From positions 1-34,293 of the forward strand of contig DATFFY010000179.1 of the NCBI GenBank assembly GCA_035249805.1: 34,293 nt of DNA. The letters run 5' to 3'. The position numbers were made by a program, and so were the translations under genes. Below are positions 9,732 through 21,190 of the stretch, piece after piece (positions within the stretch are counted from its first letter, which is position 1; every line of letters starts with the position of its first letter). Origin of the DNA: Acidimicrobiales bacterium (GTDB lineage Bacteria > Actinomycetota > Acidimicrobiia > Acidimicrobiales > VFJN01). The notes beneath the pieces were generated by a model. It was not told the origin of the DNA. It searched no databases and saw only the letters and a list, made by a program, of their open reading frames with translations.

Positions 9732-10808
9732 TCAGCCGTCCCCGATGCGCTTCAGCGTCGCGTTCGCGTCGGCGACGATGCGGTCGAGCAGCTCGGCCAC
9801 GGTCGGCAGCTCGTCGATCACGCCGGTGACCTGGCCGGTCGGCAGGATGCCGACCTCGGGCTTGCCGTCGACCATGGTCGCCTTGATGAGCATGGGCGCG
9901 TTGGCGGCCAGGGCCAGCTGGCTGAGGGTGAGGTCCTGGTTGCGCCGCATCGCCCGGCCCTCCCGCAGGAGGTCGCGCAGCGAGGTGCCGGTCTGCTTGC
10001 GGAACCGCAGCGCGGCGAGCGCGGCGCGCGGGAGGCGCAGCACCCGTGGCGACTTCTCGATGCGGTCGATCACCTCCGTGCGGATGACCCGCTGAGGGGC
10101 ACCGTCGATGGCGGTGGTGACGACCGTGTCGAAGACGGTCGCGGCGGTGTAGCGGTCCTTCACGGCGGCGGGCACGTGGCTCTCCTGCGTCAGGAGGAAG
10201 CGCGTCCCCATGGCGACGCCGTCGGCCCCGTAGGCGATCGCGGCGACGAGGCCGCGGCCGTCGTGGAAGCCACCGGCGCCCAGGACGGGGATCGACGCCC
10301 CGACCGCGTCCACCACCTGCGGGAGCAGCAGCGAGGTGGGGACGGATCCCGTGTGGCCACCGCCCTCGCCACCCTGCGCGATCACCGCGTCGACACCCAT
10401 CTCGAGGACCTTCTCGGCATGGCGGCGGGCGCCGACCGTCGGCATCACGACCACGCCGGCGTCGTGACAGCGGGCCACCGCCTCCTTGGTCGGCGCGCCG
10501 GCGAAGCTCACGAGCCGCACGCCCTCGCCGACGACGAAGGCGACCCGCTCGTCGAGGTCGGGCTGGTCGGCCCGGAAGTTGACGCCGAACGGAGCGTCGG
10601 TGCGCTGCTTCACGCCGCGGACCGCGTCCCGGAGCTGGTCGGGCGCCATCGTCACCGCGGCGAGGATCCCGAAGCCGCCGGCCGCGCTCGTGGCTGCGGT
10701 GAGGTTGGCGCCCGAGACCCATCCCATGCCCGTCTGGACGACCGGCACGCGGCACCCGACGAGGTCGCAGAACCGCGTCCGCAGGGCCGGGTGCAGCGGA
10801 TCTGACAC
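9732..10808 (-). CDS. ipdC: nitronate monooxygenase-family FMN enzyme, IpdC-like
   Basis: 358 aa with a GTG start. It contains VPVVQTGMGWVSG and IAQGGEGGGHTG, the NMO/2-nitropropane dioxygenase motifs. Its size and its neighbourhood with ipdAB-, echA20-, fadE- and fadA-like genes mirror Rv3553 of the M. tuberculosis KstR2 regulon. The symbol is by inference. Confidence 0.8.
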   Translation of the reverse strand: MSDPLHPALRTRFCDLVGCRVPVVQTGMGWVSGANLTAATSAAGGFGILAAVTMAPDQLRDAVRGVKQRTDAPFGVNFRADQPDLDERVAFVVGEGVRLVSFAGAPTKEAVARCHDAGVVVMPTVGARRHAEKVLEMGVDAVIAQGGEGGGHTGSVPTSLLLPQVVDAVGASIPVLGAGGFHDGRGLVAAIAYGADGVAMGTRFLLTQESHVPAAVKDRYTAATVFDTVVTTAIDGAPQRVIRTEVIDRIEKSPRVLRLPRAALAALRFRKQTGTSLRDLLREGRAMRRNQDLTLSQLALAANAPMLIKATMVDGKPEVGILPTGQVTGVIDELPTVAELLDRIVADANATLKRIGDG

Positions 10809-10816
10809 CCCGTCAG
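10802..10816. promoter_or_regulatory. CTGAC-N5-GTCAG palindrome, copy 1
   Basis: CTGACACCCCGTCAG overlaps the GTG start of the ipdC-like gene and sits in the divergent region facing the first MFS gene. Confidence 0.45.
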
Positions 10817-10850
10817 GTTACCGAGGGGCTCCCCGGGGGGCGAACCCGCG

Positions 10851-12269
10851 ATGAGTTCCGGCGACCCCGCCCGTCCCCCTGGCATGACCGCCACCGTGCC
10901 CAGCGAGGCGACCGGGGACCGGACGTTCCACCGGCTCCTGCTCAACACCCTCGTGACCGGCGTGACCGGGTCGTTCGTCTGGTTCGCCCTCACGTTCTGG
11001 GTGTTCCGCGAGACGAGGTCGGTCGTCACGACCGCGGTGGTCGGCGCTTCCTTCAGCCTCTGCAGCGCCGTCCTCGGCCCCGTGTTCGGGACCTACATCG
11101 ATCGGCACCGCAAGCACACGGCGATGCTGCTGTCGACCTCCGCCTCGGTGGCCTGCTACGCCGCGGCGACGACGCTGTTCCTCGCGGTCGACGCCGACCA
11201 GCTCCTCCGGATGCGGGGCCCGTGGTTCTGGGCGCTCGTGGCGACCACGCTCCTCGGATCCGTCGCGGGGTCGATGCGCGGCATCGCCCTCTCGACCTGC
11301 GTCACCCTCCTCGTGCCCGAGGACCGGCGGGACAAGGCGAACGGGCTGGTCGGCTCGGTGACCGGCGTGTCCTTCGCCATCACCTCGGTGTTCAGCGGGC
11401 TCGTGATCGGTCAGCTCGGCATGGGGTGGGCGCTCTACGGGGCCCTCGCGCTGACCGTCGGCGCCCTGCTGCACCTGGCGACGCTGCACATCCCCGAGGC
11501 CGCGCCGACCGCGGCCGAGGGTGCCCCCGGCCCGGTGTTCGACCTGCGGGGCGCGGTCGAGGCGATCCGCGCCGTGCCCGGTCTCCCGATGCTCGTGGGG
11601 CTCGCCGCCTTCAACAACCTCCTCCTGGGGGTGTTCATGGCGCTCATGGACCCGTACGGCCTGTCGCTCGTCTCGGTCGAGACGTGGGGGTTCCTCTGGG
11701 GCGGGATCATGCTGTCGTTCGTCGCCGGCGGTCTGCTGGTGGCCAAGCGCGGCCTCGGGTCGTCACCGGTGCGAGCGGTCGTCGCCGGCAACCTCGTGTG
11801 CTGGGTGACCTCAGCGACGTTCGTGCTCACGTCGTCGCTCGTGCTGCTCGTGGTCGGGCTCGTCCTGTGGCTGCTCGTGATGCCGGTGATCGAGGCCGCC
11901 GAGCAGACCGTGCTGCAGCGCTCCATCCCGTTCGAGAAGCAGGGCCGGGTGTTCGGCTTCGCCCAGATGGTCGAGAACGCGACGGCCCCCGTCACGGCCA
12001 TCTGCATGGGTCCGCTGGCCGAGACGGTGTTCATGCCGTTCATGACCGACGGCAAGGGCGCCGACTGGATCGGAAGCTGGTTCGGGACGGGCCCCGACCG
12101 CGGCATCGCCCTGCTCTTCACCCTTGCCGGCATCGTCGGCGTCCTGGTCACCCTGCTGGTCCGGGCCTCCCGGTCCTACCGCCTCCTCACCGCCGAGGAC
12201 GTCGTGGCGGAGGCACCGGTGGCCCTACCGTGCGCCGAGCCCTGCCCGGCGCTGGCCGCAGCCGCCTGA
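10851..12269 (+). CDS. MFS transporter (DHA3 / MFS_3-like), paralogue 1
   Basis: 472-aa polytopic ORF. It has the DRHRKHTAMLL loop after TM2/3 and IEAAEQTVLQRSIPFEKQGRVFGF in the second half. It is colinear with the next gene. Confidence 0.85.
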   Translation: MSSGDPARPPGMTATVPSEATGDRTFHRLLLNTLVTGVTGSFVWFALTFWVFRETRSVVTTAVVGASFSLCSAVLGPVFGTYIDRHRKHTAMLLSTSASVACYAAATTLFLAVDADQLLRMRGPWFWALVATTLLGSVAGSMRGIALSTCVTLLVPEDRRDKANGLVGSVTGVSFAITSVFSGLVIGQLGMGWALYGALALTVGALLHLATLHIPEAAPTAAEGAPGPVFDLRGAVEAIRAVPGLPMLVGLAAFNNLLLGVFMALMDPYGLSLVSVETWGFLWGGIMLSFVAGGLLVAKRGLGSSPVRAVVAGNLVCWVTSATFVLTSSLVLLVVGLVLWLLVMPVIEAAEQTVLQRSIPFEKQGRVFGFAQMVENATAPVTAICMGPLAETVFMPFMTDGKGADWIGSWFGTGPDRGIALLFTLAGIVGVLVTLLVRASRSYRLLTAEDVVAEAPVALPCAEPCPALAAAA

Positions 12270-12334
12270 CGCTCCTGCCGGCAGACCACAGGCCGAGACG
12301 AAATCCGCCCGATGACCGATGGAGCAACCGCGAG

Positions 12335-13720
12335 ATGCCTAGGTACCGTCCCCCCATCGACAGCGACCTGATGGAGCAGACCGACGAGGCCGCGAAGGCC
12401 CGTGCCTTCCGTGCCCTCCTCGTCAACACCCTCGTGAGCGGCGTGACCGGCACCTTCGTGTGGTTCGCCCTCGTCTTCTGGGCGTACCTCGAGACGCGCT
12501 CGGTGCTGACGACGGCGGTCATCGGGGCGGCCTACAGCCTGGCGATGGCGTTCATCGGCCCGGCCTTCGGCACCTTCGTCGACCGCAACCGAAAGCACAC
12601 GGCCATGCTCCTCGCCACGGCCACCTCGGTGGCGTGCTTCGCCCTCGCCACCGCCCTGTTCGTCCTGATCGATGCCGGCTCGCTGCTCAGCCTCACCGGC
12701 GTGTGGTTCTGGTTGCTCACCGCGCTCGTCCTGGGGGGATCGGTGGCCGGTGCGATGCGAGGCATCGCGCTGTCCACCTGCGTCAGCCTGCTCGTCCCGG
12801 AGGAGCGGCGGGACAGGGCCAACGGGCTCGTCGGCACGGTCAACGGCGTGGCCTTCGCGATCACCTCGGTGTTCAGCGGCATCGTCATCGGCCAGCTGGG
12901 CATGGGCTGGGCCCTCTACCTGTCACTGGGCCTGACCGTCGTGGCGTTCGTGCACCTCGTGGGCATCCGCATCCCCGAGGCCAAGCCGGAGCCGATGGAG
13001 GGCGAGTCCACCTCGCAGTTCGACGTGCGCTCCGCCGTCGACGCCATCAGGGGCGTGCCCGGGCTCCCGGTGCTCATCGCGCTGGCGGCCTTCAACAACA
13101 TGCTCGGCGGCGTCTTCATGGCCCTCATGGACGCCTACGGCCTCGAGCTGGTCTCCGTCGAGACGTGGGGCCTGCTGTGGGGCTTCATCATGCTCGCCTT
13201 CATCGCCGGCGGCATCGCGGTGGCCAAGTTCGGCCTGGGCAGGACACCGGTGAAGCTGATCGTCACCTGCAACCTCGTGAACTGGGTGATCTGCTCGGTG
13301 TTCGCGGTGCAGTCGTCGATCCCGCTCCTCACGATCGGCTGCTTCGTCTGGCTGTTCATGATGCCGGTGATCGAGGCGGCCGAGCAGACCGTGCTGCAGC
13401 GGTCGATCCCCTTCGAGAAGCAGGGTCGGGTGTTCGGCTTCGCCCAGATGGTGGAGAACGCGGCGGCACCGGTCACGTCGATCCTCATGGGCCCGCTGGC
13501 CGCCGAGCTCTTCATCCCGCTGATGACCGACGGCAAGGGCGCCGACTGGATCGGCAGCTGGTGGGGCACGGGCCCCGAGCGGGGCCTGGCCGTCATGTTC
13601 ACGCTGGCCGGCCTCATCGGCCTCGCCGTGACCCTGGTCTTCCGGGCCTCCCGCTCCTACCGCGACCTCACCACGATCCGGGTCGAGGACGAGGCGAGCC
13701 TCGACGTCGCGGCCGCCTGA
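12335..13720 (+). CDS. MFS transporter (DHA3 / MFS_3-like), paralogue 2
   Basis: This is the last 461 codons of the 832-aa track ORF, starting MPRYRPPIDSDLMEQ (alternative ATG at 12371). By eye about two thirds of aligned residues are identical to paralogue 1, with identical blocks such as VIEAAEQTVLQRSIPFEKQGRVFGFAQMVENA and MTDGKGADWIGSW. Confidence 0.85.
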   Translation: MPRYRPPIDSDLMEQTDEAAKARAFRALLVNTLVSGVTGTFVWFALVFWAYLETRSVLTTAVIGAAYSLAMAFIGPAFGTFVDRNRKHTAMLLATATSVACFALATALFVLIDAGSLLSLTGVWFWLLTALVLGGSVAGAMRGIALSTCVSLLVPEERRDRANGLVGTVNGVAFAITSVFSGIVIGQLGMGWALYLSLGLTVVAFVHLVGIRIPEAKPEPMEGESTSQFDVRSAVDAIRGVPGLPVLIALAAFNNMLGGVFMALMDAYGLELVSVETWGLLWGFIMLAFIAGGIAVAKFGLGRTPVKLIVTCNLVNWVICSVFAVQSSIPLLTIGCFVWLFMMPVIEAAEQTVLQRSIPFEKQGRVFGFAQMVENAAAPVTSILMGPLAAELFIPLMTDGKGADWIGSWWGTGPERGLAVMFTLAGLIGLAVTLVFRASRSYRDLTTIRVEDEASLDVAAA

Positions 13721-13749
13721 TCCGGCGCCGGCGTCCGTAGCCTGCCCCC

Positions 13750-15165
13750 ATGCACATGGGGACCGCGCAGGGCCGCTGGGTCCTGCTGGCCACGGTCCTC
13801 GGCTCGGGGGTCGCCTTCCTCGACGGCACCGTCGTCAACGTCGCGCTCCCGGCGATCGCCGAGGACCTCGACACCGACCTGGCGGGGCTGCAGTGGGTGC
13901 TCGACGCCTACCTGGTCACCCTCACCGCCCTGGTCCTCCTCGGCGGGTCGCTCGGCGACCGCTACGGCCGGCGCATGGTGTTCCTGGCCGGGCTGGCCGG
14001 CTTCACCGCGGCATCGGTGCTGTGCGGGCTGGCGCCGAACGTCGAGGTGCTCATCCTCGCCCGGGCGGCCCAGGGCGTCGGCGCCGCGCTGCTCGTGCCC
14101 GGGAGCCTCGCCATCCTCTCGGCCGTGTTCCACCCGGACGACCGGGCGAAGGCGGTCGGGGCGTGGTCCGGCCTCGGTGGCGTGGCCACGGCGATCGGCC
14201 CCTTCGTCGGCGGCTGGCTCATCGACAGCGTGTCCTGGCGGCTCGCGTTCTTCGTCAACGTGCCGCTGGCTGCGCTCGTGGTCCTCGCCGCCCGCCACGT
14301 GCCCGAGACGAGGAGCGACGCCGGCGAGCACCTCGACCTCCCCGGCGCCGTCACCGCGTCGGCCGGCCTCGCCCTGCTGACCTACGGGCTGATCGAGCAG
14401 ACCGCCGTGGCGACGGTGTCCGGGCTCGGCGTGCTGGGCGCCTTCGTCGTGCTGGAGGCTCGCAGCCCGAACCCGATGCTGCCCCTCGCCCTGTTCCGGG
14501 ACCGCCAGTTCAGCGGGGCCAACGCGATGACCCTGGCCGTGTACGCGGCGCTGAGCGGCGCGTTCTTCCTCGTGGTCGTCGAGCTCCAGACGGTCCTCGG
14601 GTACTCCGCCCTCGAGGCCGGCGCCGCGCTCGTGCCCGTGACGCTCCTCATGCTCGTGCTCTCGGCGCGGGCCGGCGAGCTGGCCCAGCGCATCGGTCCC
14701 CGCCTGCCGATGTCGCTCGGTCCGATCGGCGTGGCGGCCGGACTGCTGCTGTGGACCCGCGTCGATGCCGGCGCGTCGTACGTCGAGGGTGTGCTGCCGG
14801 GGGCGATCGTGTTCGGGCTCGGGCTGTCGCTCACCGTGGCTCCGTTGACGGCGACGATCATGGCCTCGGCCGACGACGGCCACCTCGGCGCGGCATCCGG
14901 GGTGAACAACGCCGTCGCCCGCCTGGCCGGCCTGCTCGCGGTGGCGCTGCTGCCGGCCGTCGTGGGGCTCGACACCGCCGGCCCCGCTGCGGACCTCGAC
15001 GGCGGCGTCGACGACGCGCTCGTCGTCGCGGCCGGCCTCTCGGTCGCCGGTGGGCTGATCGCGCTCGCCACGGTGCAGCGGCTCCGCCGGGTCACCCCGC
15101 ACGCGCAGCCGTCGCTGGCCCATCCCTGCGGTCACCCGTGCCTCGAGGAGGAAGCCGCCGCCTGA
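13750..15165 (+). CDS. MFS transporter, DHA2 (EmrB/QacA-type, 14-TMS) family
   Basis: 471 aa. FLDGTVVNVALPAIAEDL, LGGSLGDRYGRR and WRLAFFVNVPL are the hallmark DHA2 motifs. Confidence 0.88.
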   Translation: MHMGTAQGRWVLLATVLGSGVAFLDGTVVNVALPAIAEDLDTDLAGLQWVLDAYLVTLTALVLLGGSLGDRYGRRMVFLAGLAGFTAASVLCGLAPNVEVLILARAAQGVGAALLVPGSLAILSAVFHPDDRAKAVGAWSGLGGVATAIGPFVGGWLIDSVSWRLAFFVNVPLAALVVLAARHVPETRSDAGEHLDLPGAVTASAGLALLTYGLIEQTAVATVSGLGVLGAFVVLEARSPNPMLPLALFRDRQFSGANAMTLAVYAALSGAFFLVVVELQTVLGYSALEAGAALVPVTLLMLVLSARAGELAQRIGPRLPMSLGPIGVAAGLLLWTRVDAGASYVEGVLPGAIVFGLGLSLTVAPLTATIMASADDGHLGAASGVNNAVARLAGLLAVALLPAVVGLDTAGPAADLDGGVDDALVVAAGLSVAGGLIALATVQRLRRVTPHAQPSLAHPCGHPCLEEEAAA

Positions 15166-15166
15166 C

Positions 15167-15220
15167 CCGAACTCGCGACGCCTCGCACACAGAACTGTGT
15201 GCGAGGCGTCGCGAGTTCGG
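15167..15220. terminator. bidirectional terminator, 54-nt perfect palindrome
   Basis: CCGAACTCGCGACGCCTCGCACACAG-AA-CTGTGTGCGAGGCGTCGCGAGTTCGG lies exactly between the stops of two convergent genes (15165 plus strand, 15224 minus strand). Confidence 0.8.
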
Positions 15221-15223
15221 CGG

Positions 15224-16000
15224 TTAGTCGGGGACCTCTTGGAGGCGGGCGCCGGCGGGGTCGATCACCGTGCCGATGAGCTCGAGCTCGTCCGGCGTGG
15301 GCAGCCGGGACGTCGGCACGTCATCGGGCACGGCGAGCTCGAACCCCGTGGCGGCCCGCACCTCGTCGACCGTGACGCCGGGGTGGACCGACCGCAGGCG
15401 CATCGTGCGCTCGGGCGTCTCGAAGTCCAGGACGGCGAGGTTCGTCACGACTCGGCGGATCTCGTGGAAGCGCGCCGCCTCCGGACCCAGGGCGGCGGCG
15501 CGGTCGTAGCCGACGCCGCAGACCGTGTCGACGGCGGGGACGAACACCGAGGGCGAGTGGTTCGGCACCCAGTACGAGGTGACGTCGTTGATCGTGTTGC
15601 CCGGCGCGCCGCGGTAGCCGAGGAGCTGCACCTTGGGGTGCCGGTAGTCGCCGATGGCGGCGAAGTTCTGGTTGCCGAACCGGTCGATCTGGGAGCCGCC
15701 CATGATCACGTGGCGGCGGCCGTTCCAGACCCAGGTGAACATCTGCCGGTAGGGGTTGAAGTGCTCCACGACCTTGCCGTCGGGCCACGTGAAGGCGCCG
15801 TCGTTGGCGATGAGCCGGGCCTCGCCGTCGGTCATGGCGAGGTCGGGCTCGAACGTGGCCCGGGCGAGACGCCCGCCGATCATCGGGATCGTCCCGATCG
15901 GGTTGCACAGGAGCTCGCCGTCGCCGCGGAAGCACTCCGCGATCGCGACGACGCACACGTCGGCCCGCGCCACGAGGTCGGCCAGCCGGTCCTCGGCCAT
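15224..16000 (-). CDS. ipdB: CoA-transferase family subunit B, IpdB-like
   Basis: 258 codons starting MAEDRLADLVARADVCVVAIAECFRGDGELL; the rest of the track ORF is a shadow. The ATG overlaps the TGA of the upstream subunit by 1 nt. Order and sizes match echA20-ipdA-ipdB (Rv3550-3552). Confidence 0.8.
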   Translation of the reverse strand: MAEDRLADLVARADVCVVAIAECFRGDGELLCNPIGTIPMIGGRLARATFEPDLAMTDGEARLIANDGAFTWPDGKVVEHFNPYRQMFTWVWNGRRHVIMGGSQIDRFGNQNFAAIGDYRHPKVQLLGYRGAPGNTINDVTSYWVPNHSPSVFVPAVDTVCGVGYDRAAALGPEAARFHEIRRVVTNLAVLDFETPERTMRLRSVHPGVTVDEVRAATGFELAVPDDVPTSRLPTPDELELIGTVIDPAGARLQEVPD

Positions 16001-16875
16001 CAGCCGGCTCCTCCGTCGCGGCGGAGCCTGGCCTGGTAGTCGGCCTCGCTCAGGTCGAGCCACGTGGCCCGGAACTCGGCCCACGCCTCGGGCGACTTCG
16101 CCGACGCGGCGTACTGCTTCTGGAAGGCCTCGTCGCGGGGGTAGTCCGGGTCGCACGACGTGAAGTGCGCGCCGTTCGGGGCCTCGATGACGCCGTCGAC
16201 GTGCAGCCGGCTGATGAGCAGCGACTGCGGCGGCCCCTCCTCGGCGAGCTGCTCGGTGGGGACGATCCGCTCGGTCGACAGGTAGCGCTGCACGGCGGCG
16301 CCGAGGAACAGGTCGTCCATGTAGGGGTCCGGCCCGAGGTACTGCCCGTTGCCGCGGGCGTCGGCCCGGTTCATGTGGACGAACGCGGCGTCCATCGTCA
16401 GCGCAGGCACGGCGACGAGCTCCTCGGCGTCGGCGAACGGGGAGGTGACCATCCGCACCCGGTCGTTGTCGCGCAGGATGTCCGACCCCAGCCCCACCCG
16501 TGTCGGGAGGAACGGGACCCGCCACGCGGCGGCCTGGAGGCCGAGCAGGAACATGCCCTCGTCGTACGGCTCGTCCTCGACGGCACCGGCCTGGCGCGCG
16601 GCGCGGAAGTGCGGCTCGAGCGGGATCGAGTCGAGCGACACGAACGCGTAGACGATGCGCTTGACCTTCCCCGCCGCGCAGAGGATGCCGACGTCCGGGC
16701 CGCCCCAGCTCACCACCGTGAGGTCGGTGAGGTCCGAGCGCAGGATCGCCCGCACCACCGACATCGGCTTGCGGCGCGAGCCCCAGCCCCCGAAGCCGAT
16801 GGTCATGCCCGACCGCAGCTGGGCGACGGCCTCGTCCTCGGTGAGCCGCTTGTCCTTGGGTTGGGCCGTGCTCAC
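16000..16875 (-). CDS. ipdA: CoA-transferase family subunit A, IpdA-like
   Basis: 291 codons from GTG (VSTAQPKDKRLTEDEAVAQLRSGMTIGFGGWGSRRKPMSVVRAILRSDLTDLTVV). There is a GTGA overlap with the echA stop. The GWGSRRKPM block is as I recall it from IpdA. Confidence 0.8.
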   Translation of the reverse strand: MSTAQPKDKRLTEDEAVAQLRSGMTIGFGGWGSRRKPMSVVRAILRSDLTDLTVVSWGGPDVGILCAAGKVKRIVYAFVSLDSIPLEPHFRAARQAGAVEDEPYDEGMFLLGLQAAAWRVPFLPTRVGLGSDILRDNDRVRMVTSPFADAEELVAVPALTMDAAFVHMNRADARGNGQYLGPDPYMDDLFLGAAVQRYLSTERIVPTEQLAEEGPPQSLLISRLHVDGVIEAPNGAHFTSCDPDYPRDEAFQKQYAASAKSPEAWAEFRATWLDLSEADYQARLRRDGGAG

Positions 16876-17633
16876 TTCGACGTGTCTGTCCCGCGCTTGT
16901 CGACGAAGGCGTCGCGGTGCTCGTCCGCCACGCCGGACAGGTTGAGCTCGAACGTGAATCCCTGCTCGTAGCGGTACGACCGCTTCACGTCCCACAGGTC
17001 GATCCCGTTGAGCGACTCCTTGGCCGCCCGGATCACCGTCGGTGACTTGGCCGCGATCTGGCCGGCGACCGCCATCGCCGCGTCCCGCAGCGCAGCGGAC
17101 GGCACGACCTGGAGGACCGAGCCGAACTCGTGCAGCTCGGCGGCGGTCGCGGTGGCCGACGTGTAGACCATCGCCCGCATCTTGTGCTGGGGCACCAGGC
17201 GGGACAGGTGGGTCGCCGCGCCGAGGGCGCCCCGGTCCACCTCGGGGAGCCCGAAGGTGGCGTCCTCCGCCGCGATCACGATGTCGGCGTTGCCGGCGAG
17301 GCCGATGCCCCCGCCCAGGCAGAAGCCGTTCACCGCCGCGATCACCGGCACGGCGCACTCGTAGACGGCGGCGAAGGCGGCGAAGCAGCCCCGGTTCGCG
17401 CCGATCAGCGCCTCGAACCCCTCGGTGGCCTGCATCTCCTTGATGTCGACGCCGGCGTTGAACCCGCGGCCCTCCGCCCGCAGCACGATCACACGCACCT
17501 GCGGGTCGCGGCCCAGCGCGGTGATCACGTCGGCCAGCTCGAACCAGCCCGCGACCGTCAGCGCGTTGACCGGCGGGTTGTCCATCACGACCTCGGCGAT
17601 GCCGTCGTCGTGGACCTGGTGGCTGATGCCCAT
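16872..17633 (-). CDS. echA20: enoyl-CoA hydratase/isomerase (crotonase) family, EchA20-like by synteny
   Basis: 253 aa. It shows crotonase oxyanion-hole blocks (RGFNAGVDIKEM, AAVNGFCLGGGIGLAGNADI). It is the first gene of the echA-ipdA-ipdB unit. Confidence 0.8.
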   Translation of the reverse strand: MGISHQVHDDGIAEVVMDNPPVNALTVAGWFELADVITALGRDPQVRVIVLRAEGRGFNAGVDIKEMQATEGFEALIGANRGCFAAFAAVYECAVPVIAAVNGFCLGGGIGLAGNADIVIAAEDATFGLPEVDRGALGAATHLSRLVPQHKMRAMVYTSATATAAELHEFGSVLQVVPSAALRDAAMAVAGQIAAKSPTVIRAAKESLNGIDLWDVKRSYRYEQGFTFELNLSGVADEHRDAFVDKRGTDTSK

Positions 17634-17656
17634 GCGTGACGTCCCCGGAGTCGGTT

Positions 17657-17671
17657 CTGACGGCCCGTCAG
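17657..17671. promoter_or_regulatory. CTGAC-N5-GTCAG palindrome, copy 2
   Basis: CTGACGGCCCGTCAG lies 24-38 nt upstream of the echA20-like ATG (17633). Confidence 0.45.
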
Positions 17672-17681
17672 GAACCTAGCA

Positions 17682-17717
17682 ACGACGAGGCCCCGGCCGG
17701 AGCCGGGGCCTCGTCGT
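17682..17717 (-). terminator. GC-rich hairpin downstream of hppA
   Basis: ACGACGAGGCCCCGGC-CGGA-GCCGGGGCCTCGTCGT has a 16-bp stem and lies 13 nt after the hppA stop. There is no clear U-tract, which is common in high-GC actinobacteria. Confidence 0.55.
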
Positions 17718-17730
17718 CAGCTCCTTCGGA

Positions 17731-20309
<2,579 letters not shown>

Positions 20310-20313
<4 letters not shown>

Positions 20314-21044
20314 GCTTGCTTCCCTTGGGTCGTGGGGGCGGCGTTGGCCCCACTGGTTGGTGCCGTGCGATCGCCGTTGCGGGTCTCGCGACGAGTGACG
20401 TAGATCTGACGGGCGACCCGCTCGCCGAGCGTGCGGTCCTGCCCGTTGACGGTCACCACGAGGGGGCCGTCGAAGGGGTGCTTCTCGACCACCTCGACCT
20501 CCACGCCCGGGACCAGGCCCAGGGTGCCGAGGAAGGTGACGAGGTCTGGGTCGGTGGAGCCGGAGAGCGCGACCTCCGCCACGTCGCCGGGCTCGAGCAT
20601 GTAGAGGTCCGGGGTGACCGGCAGCTCGCCGTCCTCGGCGGTGGGGATCGGGAACCCGTGCGGGCACGTCGCCGGCCGGTGGAGGGCCACGTAGAGGCGC
20701 TCGAGCACCTCGTCGGGGAGCTCGTGCTCGAACCCGACGGCGAGCTTGTCCGCCTCGTTCCACTTGTAGCCGAGCATGTCGGCGAGGAAGCGCTCGACGA
20801 TGCGGTGCCGGCGGATGGCCGCGACGGCGGTCTTCTGGCCCTCGGGGGTGAAGCTGACGCCCTGGTAGGGCCGGTGGTCGACCAGGCTCCGGTCGGCCAG
20901 GCGCTTGACCATCGTGGTGACGGTGCCGGGAGACAGCCCGAGGACGTCCGCGAGCGCGCCGGTGTGCGCCTCCGAGCCATCTCGGGTGAGGCGGTAGATG
21001 GCCTTCAGGGCCTCGCGCTCGGACTTCGTGAGGGAATCGTCCAC
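20310..21044 (-). CDS. DtxR/IdeR/MntR-family metal-dependent transcriptional regulator with FeoA/SH3-like C-terminal domain
   Basis: 244 codons from GTG (VDDSLTKSEREALKAIYRLTRDG...). It has a winged HTH (LADVLGLSPGTVTTMVKRL), a metal/dimerisation helix (RRHRIVERFLADML...GFEHEL) and a FeoA-like tail. The stop overlaps the hppA ATG (ATGA at 20310-20313). An alternative GTG lies 17 codons upstream. Confidence 0.83.
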
Positions 21045-21130
21045 GGTTCGATCTTTGGAGCCCCGAAATCCTGGCTTTGTCCCAGGCACGTTCGAAGCGC
21101 GCTCATCCCACCAGACCGGCGCCTTCACCG

Positions 21131-21169
21131 CAAAACGGCGGACGCCGGCCCCTCTCGGAGCCGGCGTCC
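21131..21169 (-). terminator. intrinsic terminator after the lipoprotein gene
   Basis: On the minus strand, GGACGCCGGC-(10-nt loop)-GCCGGCGTCC is followed by GCCGUUUUGCGG. Confidence 0.75.
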
Positions 21170-21190
21170 TGACGCTCTGTCGTCGAGCCG

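Noticed and set aside
12275-12284. 10-bp palindrome CTGCCGGCAG between the two MFS paralogues
   Set aside because: It is too short, has no loop and is GC-rich. It is compatible with chance in this composition.
13657-15135. 492-aa minus-strand ORF
   Set aside because: It is antisense to the DHA2 MFS transporter, which has canonical motifs. It is highly charged low-complexity text.
21045-21130. Iron-box / DtxR operator upstream of the DtxR-hppA unit
   Set aside because: Nothing resembles TTAGGTTAGGCTAACCTAA. Only a weak CCTGG-N7-CCAGG repeat is present, which is not enough to call.
21169-21183. CTGAC-N5-GTCGT downstream of the lipoprotein gene
   Set aside because: Only one half-site is intact and it overlaps the terminator stem. 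It was not counted.
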